A DNA stretch of 63,238 nt, counting the filler, from Nemertoderma westbladi (taxonomy: Eukaryota > Animalia > Xenacoelomorpha), in assembly GCA_032718475.1 (NCBI GenBank). It is 3 parts of 3 records of this genome, joined end to end, with 100 filler letters (N's around TTAATTAATTAA, not from the genome) between each part and the next. Parts side by side here need not be neighbours in the genome. Positions count along the whole stretch, not along the records: positions 1 to 28,464 come from JAUCBJ010005511.1; positions 28,565 to 48,574 come from JAUCBJ010005495.1; 1 more part is not named here. The stretch is one strand, 5' to 3'. A program made the translations under genes and the position numbers. Under the pieces are notes generated by a model. That model saw only the letters and a list, made by a program, of their open reading frames with translations. It was not told where the DNA came from and did not search any database. The first letter of the stretch is position 1. Every line of letters starts with the position of its first letter. Below are positions 22,856-33,189 of the stretch, piece after piece.

Positions 22856-24120
22856 TTACACGACTTGAGCTCTAGTGGAAGTAAACCCCGTTCGACGGTC
22901 CCCATTTACGCCACCACTGCGTTGACCCTGAGAAGAGCTATTGTGGACCCACTTGCGAACACAGACCCCCGCCGGCCAAGTTGAGGGAAGGAGTGCTTTC
23001 TCTACGTAATTTGCCGCAAGCGAAACCCTGAAGCTCGCATTCATCGATTCTGGATGTGAAATTCTCTTCACGCTCGCTAAAGAAACTTTAATCGCTTGAC
23101 AATCCAAGGAGTCCACAATATCCTGCGCCGTAGTATCAGCCCAGAGTCGAAAAACGAAAACATCCGACGGAGCCGCTCGTAGGCCGGACTTGCGGGCCCC
23201 GGACGTATCCCCATCGCCACTAACTCCAGGACTTAGTTTAGTACCAACTACAAACTCACGGTTGCGCCGTCTTTGGGGGACCTTCTGAAACCCCGGAGAA
23301 CCCTCGAGTTCACCGGTTTCCATAGCTGCGGAGGGAGAGTTCCTTGGCCGTTTGGCGCTACCTCGTTCTTGGATGCGCGGAGACTGCGTTGGTGTACCCA
23401 GCGGGGAATAATAATTACCGGTACTCTGCCTGACGTAACTCTGCCTACCTCTCGATGGCACCGATGGTGCAAAACGACTAGCAGCAGCCGCAAAGCTGCT
23501 GGGCCTGGACACGCCATGTTCTGTACCCTGGGTGGCCCGTTCCGGAGCTGGTGGGAATTGTAGCTGAGGAGCAACCTCATTCACCCCTGAGCTGCCGCCT
23601 CCTGTAGGACCGCCTTTATCAATTAAAGTCGTCCGAACTGCAGGACCCACTGCCCTCCCTGGGTCGACACCGGTAAATATCGGTCTCATCTCACGAATGA
23701 CGCCATGTAGATCGCGCAACTGAACTGAGAAACTTGATTCTATAGATTTCATCTTATCTGTAAATAGTTTATGTAGCTTATCGATTTTCTCGTCTACAAT
23801 ATCGACTTTTGCTCAGCACTAGCAACTCTACCCGATCCTAAAGACTGTAAGCACGGCAGGGACAGAGCCTCCAATGCCAGAACTGCTATCACTGGAATCT
23901 TACCATCGACGTCTAGTTCCTTTAGTTTATCCCAAAGATCCCTAAAATTCGCTTCGGATGCAGATCTCTCAGTGGTATCTCTGCGATTAACCATGACGGC
24001 TCCGGCTCCGCATCTACTAAACAGCACAAGTTTCGCATTCCTTACCTCTTCCGATGTAAATCTACCCAGACAGGAGTCGCGAATAACCTCAAACGTGCGT
24101 GACGACATCCCTTGTAACAC
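22856..24120 (-). CDS. Outer LINE ORF1 (frameshifted, 5'-truncated)
   Basis: FTSEEVRNAKLVLF...N..DL..LP N-terminal motif and VFVFRL...SFRV...WPAGVCVRKW RRM-like C-terminal motif of non-LTR ORF1s; 1-nt frameshift at ~23810 (KVDIVDEKIDKLHKLFTDKMK continues). Confidence 0.75.
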
Positions 24121-24133
24121 AAAGGACAGACAT

Positions 24134-27100
24134 TGTAAAAGCTTTTACTGAATTGTCCGGTTATTTTTCCTTATTTTTCCCGTAAAGTACTCTGTAGTTG
24201 GTTTACCAGGCATAAAAAGGCCGTGTCCTTGCTGTACTGGTGTTTTAGCGGACATAAGAGCTATTTCTTCTGTATTTGTACTTTAGAGGACATAATCCGT
24301 AATTCCGTGACGTAAAAGCACGATACTCTTGAAAACAGTGTCGCTACCATGACGACGGCTAGCAGCTGATATTGCCACGTCGACGTTTCTTTGTTTCTCT
24401 GTTCTCTCGTTGTTCAGGTTGACCAATCAGAGCGTTTGTTATCTCTGTGTTGGAGGTATATACAGAAACTCAGTAGTTCAGTGTTATTGTTTTTGTCCAG
24501 AGCCTAAGAACCGGCTTTGGCACCTCCGTGTTTTAGTTTTTAGTCTTACACTAGTAGGTTTAATTATAAAGGGCATATATCCTTTAACGCACCTACCTGA
24601 CTCATGGAATCACTGCATACTGATGACTGATGTCTGCATACTGCAGTACTGCATACACTGCATACTGTGTAACATTGTGCATACCTTTATATTGTTATAC
24701 TGCTATTTACCGTCAGTTCTTCATAATATGGTTGATGAATAATTATATTTGGAATAACGATAAACAACCCCGAAACCCAATGTTCTTGATATACCGAAGG
24801 TAAGAGAGAAGGGTTACAGATAAACGATTGTGACTTATGTTAAAGTGGTTTGAAGTGAATCTAATGTTATTTGATAGACCCTACATGAGCCAGTCTGTGT
24901 TCCTTATATATGTGACTAAAATCAGTGAAGATCGGCAGATTAGTGTGCAGTATTGTGCAGCATTGTGTATGAGTGAGTCTGTTAAAGAAGCATTCCTAAA
25001 GAATGCGCCATATATGTGAATTATAATTAAGCCATATCGTTGTGAGTGGTTTAAGTCATAACTCTGTTTATATAGATAAAGCGCCACGTCCTAAAGGAAC
25101 TGTTAATATTCCCGAAGGTGAATAATATTGTCAGAGATTATATAATACTGTCAGTCGAATAATACATTAGGCTTACATAGCAATAAAATTAAACCGTCGA
25201 ACCCAATCTCCCGGGAATTTCCAGCGGGTGAATGGTCGCGCACGGATTGGTTTCGACTAGTGTAGTGAATCAAATACTTGTCATAGACTAAAAACTGATT
25301 TAATATCTAGAAGACATCTTAATTTGGTGGGTTAAACTGCCAAAGGTCTGAAAGCGCGAACATTAAAGGATATAGCTTCTTTATTGCAGTAAGCAATAAA
25401 GTCGAAAGTACCGGTCGACCGGTAACCAGTAGGCCTGACTGCCTGATCATCCGGACCGGTACCTACAGCAGTATTATTCGATTTTGATTGTTATATACCA
25501 GTAGGTCTTAATAATTAATCGGGGACGCCTGGTTTTTATTGAGATTTTACTTATTTCTGTCAAGTTTTATTTATTTGTAGGCCAGTATTGAACAGAAGGC
25601 GTGTAAGCCTGATCAGATTGTACAGACAATTTGTAGGCTGAGCTGTTGTCTGATTGCTGTTAAGTCCGAACGAATTGCAGTGTGTGTAGAGCACTTGTCC
25701 GATTAAGTACGGTTAGGAAGTAGGGGCAGCAACGCTGTAAGGTAATCCCCCAGATAAAGAATAAGTCGCACTACTGGGTTAGAGCGCATACTCCCTAATC
25801 ATTTCGGAGTCTGCATGTCCTGTAGTTTATTTAGGCTTGAGAGTAGTCTGCCATCGTTTAGTCTGTACTTTGTTTGTGTAAGTCTGTACGGGTAGCGTAT
25901 AATTTTATTTAGATAATTTGTAGGCTGGATAGTTGTCTGGCTGTTATTAGGTCTGAACGGATTGCTGCGTGTGTAGATCATCTGTCCGATTAAGTACGAT
26001 TAGGCAGTAGGGGCAGTGAACACTGTAAGGTAAACCCCCAACTAAAGAATAAGTCGCACTACTGGGTTAGAGCGCATACTCCCTAATCATTTCGGAGTCT
26101 GCATATACCGTAGTTTGTTTAGGCTTGATAGTAGTCTGTCAGTGTTCGGTCTGTATTTTGTTTGAGTAGTTTGTACGCGTAGCGTAATATTTATTATTCA
26201 GAGTTTATGCGATTATTCGCAACATTCAAGTCCCCAAGTTTGTTCCTACAGTAATTGTGTTTGTTATACATACCGCTATAGTTAAATTAACCTCGGTACT
26301 ACACGGGCTGCTCGGCGTAGGTAAAGACTGGTGATTTTGTGCATCGGTCACTCCAGCAGATGCCGTGGTTCTTTTAGCTGTTCAAGTATATTTAATTACT
26401 GATTAACTGTTGTGCAAGTACTCGTACCTAATTTAGGGTTTAGTGTACAGTGCTTTCCGAGAAGTAATTATTGTAGACATTATATTTGTGTTGTAAAGTG
26501 GTTGATAGGCACATTCGATTAGCTCTATTAACTTCTAGGTAGGAACACTCCGTGATACATAACGTAGAACCTATAGCGATACGGCTATAGGTCGTCAGGC
26601 GGTGGCATTTTCCTATCTAGACAACGCAGTGTATTTACTACTACTTATTATTTCAAATACCGTAGTACCCTGTCCGCTGTAATAACCGGTTTTCTAACCC
26701 TTTGTTAGGCTGGTTTGTAGAATTCTTGTAAAATTACCCTAAAAATTCGTATTTTGCGTTTTTGTAAAATTTTGTGTTTATTTAGAGATTGTAATCTCAC
26801 CCGAATTGTACGTAATTTGTAGTATTAAGTAACTTAGGTAAATTAGAATTATTTGTTTTAGTGTCTCATAAGTAACACTTCACTGAAAGCGCACCGCTTT
26901 GTGTAGTGATTACCCCCAGAAATAATAACATTTATTTCAAACATTGACAAAACCCATTAAAACGGGTATATATATATTATAAATCAAATCTAACGATTTA
27001 TAAATCGTAGGCCTACAATACAAACATTAGGTCTCAATATAAGTTGGACTACTGCTCAAATAACGGTAATAAAGTAAGTAAGTAACCAAGTAACCCTAAA

Positions 27101-28464
27101 GTTCAGAAATTCAGTTATTTTAAAATAATTGATATACCGGTATTTACGATAGGCCTATTATCTTTATTCCTATAAATCTAGGCTGAAATTATACCGGTAC
27201 GTGTAATTAATTCTATTTCAGAATTATATATCCTACAGACTGTAAGCTGTATACCGGTATTCCAGATAGGCCTATTATATATTTATATATATTTGTGCTA
27301 AAATTATACCGGTATTCGGTGATAAACCTAGTCTGTAATAATAGTTATATATACTATAAGCATACCGGTATTCTAATATATTATATATATCACGCTACAC
27401 TGAGTAGCAGTACCGGTGATTAATTACTAGGCTAGCAGTTAATACTGAGTTACTAGACTTGCTCAGACTGTAATACGGCAGTAGACATTCAACTGTACAC
27501 ATAAGCATGTCTGACGCAAAGCAGAACCTGTCAGACAGTCTACTAGATACAACCGAGAGTGAAGTGACAGCAGAGAAACCGCATAAGAGGGATGCCATTG
27601 ACATCTATCTGTCAGACTATCAGCGTTTTTTGGGAGATGAAGAGTTGAGGAGAAGGCTAGAGGGACTTAGCCCTAATAGCGAAGGAGCCAAACTCGTGTT
27701 AGATGCGATTGATGTGGATAGGTTAGCGGCGAACCAAGCTAAATTCGATGAACAACTCCGCATCGCTAGAGAACAAGAAGAACAAGTAAAGAAAAAACGT
27801 ATAGAAGACAGAAAGATAGCAGCAGTGGCAGAGGCGGAAAGAAAAGCGACCTTGGCAGAAGCAGCGGCAGAGGCAAAAGCGGCAGCAGCAGAAGCAGAGG
27901 CAAAGGCAACAAAAGCAGCAGCAGAAGCAAAGGCAGAGGCAAAAGCGGCAGCGGCAGAGGTAAAAGCGGCAGCGGTGGCGGAAGCAGAACGGAGAGCATC
28001 TGAAGAGGCAACCCAACTAGAGTTGGAAAATCTTCAAGAGAGGCAAGACAACTTCAATAAACAGTTAACAGCTAGTAATATGCAGATGATGAGTCGATCT
28101 ACTCCCAAAAGACAGGGATATACATCATCGGAGGAAGGCGATACCACCGATACTGAAGGCAAAGGAAATAGATCTCGTCTAAGCAGACGTAAAAGAACAT
28201 TCCACCGTCAGAAATTGCCTGATTTGCCTCCAGCTGTTAGAAGGCAACTAAATAACACCAACTTAGGTAGTACAGAGCCCACAGACCAAATAATTAAAAT
28301 AGAAAGACTCCCTACTATAGTGGATGAGCCTGAAATAAGTAGGCCTGTTCTTGAAATCACCCCTACGGTAATAGATACATCTGTGCTCCCTGAAGCTACC
28401 TATAAATTCCCTCTACATAGCACTAAGCTACCTGTGCCCCGTAGGACTGCCCGAGAGACAGTTC
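24134..28464 (+). mobile_element. LTR retrotransposon copy 1 (putative 5' LTR 24134-25316, long leader, start of gag-like ORF; cut by contig end)
   Basis: Begins TGTAAAAGC exactly where similarity to 44530 begins; CCAAT, TATA, AATAAA (25182), candidate end GACA (25316) followed by TGG; collinear with 44530-48574. Confidence 0.7.
27507..28464 (+). CDS. Putative gag/ORF1 N-terminus with Ala/Glu/Lys-rich helical segment (incomplete)
   Basis: Open to the contig end; differences from the 48097 copy are mostly synonymous. Confidence 0.65.
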
Positions 28465-28564
28465 NNNNNNNNNNNNNNNNNNNNNNNNNNNNNNNNNNNN
28501 NNNNNNNNTTAATTAATTAANNNNNNNNNNNNNNNNNNNNNNNNNNNNNNNNNNNNNNNNNNNN
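28465..28564. other. Artificial contig linker
   Basis: 44 N + TTAATTAATTAA (stops in all six frames) + 44 N. Confidence 0.97.
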
Positions 28565-29070
28565 GTATGTATGATCAGTTAGCAGTGATTCCATGAGTCA
28601 GGTAGTCGTTAGGTATGTTAAATTGCAGTTAAAGGATATATGCCCTTTATAATTAAACCTACTAGTGTACGACTAAAAAACAGTAAAGCACAAAATACTT
28701 CCAAGTCGTTCTTTCTTTGGCTCAAGACTGAATGTAAACACTGCACATAGGCATTGCGTCATTTCTCGGAAATTTTCTGTACAAGGAGCCACAAAAACGC
28801 TCTCATTGGCTGACTGAACTGAGAGACGCCGTAGAACAAAGGAAATCAACACGTATGAATGTCAGCTGTTAACCGTAGTCATAGTAACTACTGTTCAAGA
28901 GTAGCTATCACCCTTTTGCGTCACGAATTGCCATAGAATCATAAAATATGCCTTTCACAGTACACATACGGAGGAAATAGGTCTTAGATCCTCTAAAAAC
29001 ACCGATACAGCAATAATACGGTCTCTTACACTTATTAAATCAACTACAGAGTATTTTAATGTAAAAGATA
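28565..29070 (-). mobile_element. Diverged relative of the 24134 LTR 5' part, inverted
   Basis: Reverse complement shares blocks such as ACACTAGTAGGTTTAATTATAAAGGGCATATATCCTTTAAC, CCTGACTCATGGAATCACTGC and TACTCTGTAGTTG with 24134-24620. Confidence 0.75.
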
Positions 29071-29507
29071 ATACTGCTCGCAGCATTGAGTTTGTTATTT
29101 CTAGTTTCTATTCACATGTTAAGACACATTTGCGATATATTTAATGCTTAGAATTGCGTAATGTTCTAATGCTCAAACTATTAGCTCTTGCAAGAGGGAC
29201 ATGAGACTGAAAAATTACATTACTTTCAATTTCGGAAATGGTGACGTTGTAGAATACAAACTACTGGCGCTGTTTGAATTCTTTTTAAACTAGCCACGTG
29301 CAAAACTGTGTGGTATGAGACAACATACAAATTAACGGTTACCAACACCTGACTGATCGATATTCGTTAAAATCAGCGTCGTTTATGCAATGAACTATAT
29401 ATATTAACGTATTCATATTTTTCAACATTTTCACACTTCACATACTCTCGCCAAAAATAATATTTTGAAATTCACTAAAACATTACTAGTTATTCAATGA
29501 TACTAAC

Positions 29508-29592
29508 TTGGCTTCAATAACAACTCCCACTCCTGCAGGGCTCACGGCTTTGGTTATTGCCTCAGCAATCTGTTTAGTTAATCTTTCCTGAA
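29508..29592 (-). CDS. GCH1: GTP cyclohydrolase I, coding exon 4 of those seen
   Basis: ttatttag|TT CAG GAA AGA... (V)[29 protein letters not shown]|gttagt; 85 nt, phase-compatible with the previous exon. Confidence 0.92.
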
Positions 29593-29639
29593 CTAAATAA
29601 GATAAAATGAAACTGTTAGCGGATAATGATTAGTGCTGA

Positions 29640-30378
29640 TGCAAGTCGTATATATTCCGTCGAGATCTGAACTCCAAAAAAACCCTATGACGCAAAAAAA
29701 AAACAGGTTCAAACAATCAATTTACTAAAGCGACATATTTTCGAAATTTGGTACCCACCAAAAAACAAGTTTAACATTTTTTTAGCATATTTTATATGTA
29801 TTCTGTCTAATTGCGAACACCAAAAAACCAATGTAATTTTAAAATACAGGTGTTACAAACCATATTTCATGAAATGTAAATTTCAAAAAACGTCTCAAAT
29901 AAAGTGCCAAAATTAGGGTTTAAAAACAGTGCTGTAACTCCAGAAGTTCGCAATATTTTTAAAAACCGTTTTAGAAACGCACTAAACTTGAACTCAAAGC
30001 GGGAACTCATACAATCATCAGCATAAGACTGACTGCATACTACACTAACCTACATAATGGACTGTACGGTCTTACTTAACCTGATTAATTATTTACCTCA
30101 ACTTTTATTTAACTGACAATTTTCCTTTCCAAGGTCTTGTTTTATTGTGCAGTGCAGGTATCGTGCGAAATGCATTTTATCGTTTTTATCGTTAAACAAA
30201 TAAAAATGAAATGAAATGAGATTAAAAAAAATAGGTAATCAATAATAGGAAAGCAATACATTTTTAGATAATGTCGTAAAATTTCAGATTCCCAAATACG
30301 TTTGTTTCAGAGTTATAACAAAAAACCACGGGGTGTCATATTGACCCCCCCCCCCCCCCCCCCCCTTCTCACTTGTTA
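29640..30378 (-). mobile_element. Partial non-autonomous element related to the 59688 piggyBac-type MITE, in a GCH1 intron
   Basis: Reverse complement shares poly-G/GGGTCAATATGA, CCGTGGTTTTTT and TTGGGAATCTGAAATT blocks with 59700-60170. Confidence 0.6.
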
Positions 30379-30419
30379 AACGTACATATATGTGTTGTTG
30401 GTATCAGAACTGAACCCAC

Positions 30420-30617
30420 CTTGCAACCGTCTACTGAATGACTCCACGATGCGAGCAATCTTACTTAGACCCAAAACTCTCTTGTTAGGAAGATATCCAA
30501 CATGAACGCATCCCATGAAAGGTACCAGATGATGTTCACAAAGGGAATACATCTCAATATCCTTCACTATAACCATTTCATCGGTGTCTTCTTCAAAGAC
30601 CGCGTTATTAATAACAT
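30420..30617 (-). CDS. GCH1: GTP cyclohydrolase I, coding exon 3
   Basis: ttccag|AT GTT... (D)[33 protein letters not shown]...[20 protein letters not shown]|gtgggt; contains the CEHH zinc-site motif. Confidence 0.95.
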
Positions 30618-32095
30618 CTGGAACATTCAATTATCATTAAAAATACCAGTACAACCGTGTCACAGGTGGTGCAACACTCATATACGTAACCTACTGTTGT
30701 AACGCTGTAGCGTGCCCTGGTAGTCACTCCATCTGTTGTTCTTCATTATGAATAATTAATATCTGACGTGACCAGTTTTTCCGGCTCATCAACTTTCCTC
30801 TAAAAGCCTGTGAGCTTGTTAGAATGGAAGTAGGTACAAATAAATTATTTATTTTAAAGGTAGAAACTAGTTTGTACACTAAGTTACCTTATTACGCAAG
30901 CTCCGTTTAGAACGCATTTATTAAGAATCGCTCCATCAATTACTGAATGCCCAAACGAACTGTACCATCAATAGAGACTCTTATTGATATTAATTAACAT
31001 ATTAGTCGATTGGGTTGGATTAAAATACAATGCCGTAATCATTCATTGGTTTCAATCATACCGGTACTGTGGGAATATGGCTCAACGCCCACACACACTC
31101 CCTCATCCAAAATCAACTCCACTCATTGCCTTAACCGGTACGGTTATTATGAACGATTCAATTGATATGAAACTGTTATGATTTAGGCGGATTTGCCTGG
31201 TACACATAATATTTCATTACATGTGGTGCGGTTGAGGCTAATACTGAATCAATATTCAATTCAATATTCCCCCAAATTATGGCCTAATTAATAAAAGTTT
31301 TCCAATTATTATACTTTTATATTTATATGAAGTATTGCAATGCTGGGCTACGGGATGCTATATTTAACAGTTATATGGTTAATAGTTATAGTTATATTAT
31401 AGTACATATAGTACGTATATGTAAAAGCATCTCCAATATCTCGGTTATTACTCATTAATTTGTTTGTTTTGGTTATCGTCTCGTTAACAATCTTCTCCAA
31501 TTTTTCACTCCTTGTGATAAATCCATTAAACATTAAATCCATTAAACATTACAATCTTTGCGTGTCATAGTCTGTCTCGAGTTTTGTATTTTTGTATTTT
31601 TGCATTTTTGAATTTTACAAAAAAATGTTAAAAAAAACAAAATAATACAATTTTTTAAAAATGTTCTAGAACAAAAAATTATATGTTCTAGAACATTATT
31701 TAATAAAAAAATAATTCGAAATATCCTAGAATACTTCACACTAACATTAAAAAGTAGTAGCTAGTAAACTAAACACATTTTAGAGCAAACTGAAAATGTT
31801 GGCACTTACGGAACTCTAGCCGCATTTTTAGTGTCCGAGTAAACATTGCGGTATAGCTACTGTAATTTGGCCTCTATTTCTAATAATAATACAAAAAATA
31901 ATATTAGCCTACTACCTTTTGTATGGGAATTAATCAAAACGACAAGTAATATCAAGTTTCAGGTTATATTTCAATGTGAAATCATTTATCTTGAGTTGTA
32001 AACTGTACATTAATTCCTTATTGAATGTACACATATTTTGCAATCTAGAGTTATATTGCACTTCATAACAAATAATTGACCGTACAAACGGTGTT

Positions 32096-32797
32096 TAACC
32101 TTTGGTAAAAAAACAGTAATACTAAACCTACCCTCAACCTCCTCTTCATAACCTTTGGTAAACAAACGGTAATACTAAACCTACCCTCAACCTCGTCTTC
32201 ATAACCTTTGGTAAATAAACAGTAATACTAAACCTACCCTCAACCTCATCTTCATAACCTTTGGTAAACAAACGGTAATACTAAACCTACCCTCAACCTC
32301 GTCTTCATAACCTTTGGTAAATAAACAGTAATACTAAACCTACCCTTAACCTCCTCTTCATAACCTTTGGTAAATAAACAGTAATACTAAACCTACCCTC
32401 AACCTCCTCTTCATAACCTTTGGTAAATAAACAGTAATACTAAACCTACCATCAACCTCCTCTTCATAACCTTTGGTAAATAAACAGTAATACTAAACCT
32501 ACCCTTAACCTCCTCTTCATAACCTTTGGTAAATAAACAGTAATACTAAACCTACCATCAACCTCCTCTTCATAACCTTTGGTAAATAAACAGTAATACT
32601 AAACCTACCCTTAACCTCCTCTTCATAACCTTTGGTAAATAAACAGTAATACTAAACCTACCCTCAACCTCCTCTTCATAATCTTTGGTAAATAAACAGT
32701 AATACTAAACCTACCCTCAACCTCCTCTTCATAACCTTTGGTAAATAAACAGTAATACTAAACCTACCTTCAACCTCCTCTTCATAACCTTTGGTAA
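32096..32797. repeat. 53-bp tandem array x ~13 spanning a GCH1 exon/intron junction
   Basis: Unit AACCTTTGGTAAATAAACAGTAATACTAAACCTACCCTCAACCTCCTCTTCAT; equals 30 nt of exon end plus 23 nt of intron start. Confidence 0.95.
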
Positions 32798-32909
32798 GAA
32801 ATTGGATAGATTTTGCTGCCCGTTCGGGGGTTTTCTTTAAACCATCCCTGTTGGGATCTTCTCCAATGCATTCGAGAATTGTTCTAAATGCCTCCATTAT
32901 TCGTTCCTC
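32768..32909 (-). CDS. GCH1: GTP cyclohydrolase I, coding exon 2
   Basis: ctttatag|GAG GAA... EERIMEAFRTILECIGEDPNRDGLKKTPERAAKSIQFLTKGYEEEVE G|gtaggt. Confidence 0.93.
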
Positions 32910-33189
32910 CTATAAAGGTAAGGAGTTATTAGTGACATATTTTTTGGCATTATCCAATTTTTTTTAAAAAGCACTGTTTTCTTCTAAAAAAATAAATATA
33001 ATGTATCTACTTCTATACAGTTAATTACCCACCACCAACTGACGTTACCATAGCAACAAACATAAAAAATAACAATACACATACAAAAGAATTTACTTAG
33101 TAGGCCTAGCAGCTATCAAACAACATTTTGTTTCATACAAAGCACCAAACTGCATAATATGTGTACTGATGTTGTATGTTTATGAGTGG

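Larger units (their letters stand above)
12770..24133 (-). mobile_element. Outer APE-type non-LTR retrotransposon (tentatively Proto2-like), interrupted by a nested LINE and 5'-cut by an LTR element
   Basis: ORF1 (22856-24120, one frameshift ~23810), ORF2 split into 21309-22703 and 12958-14685, and a (TTAAA)n-like tail near 12770-12795. Confidence 0.85.

Noticed and set aside
28465-28564. TTAATTAATTAA palindrome and ORFs ending in LIN (also 48575-48674)
   Set aside because: Synthetic six-frame-stop spacer, not biology.
24134-29070. Apparent long terminal inverted repeats (24134-24620 vs 28565-29070) suggesting one Maverick- or DIRS-like element
   Set aside because: The halves lie on different contigs separated by an artificial linker and are clearly diverged.
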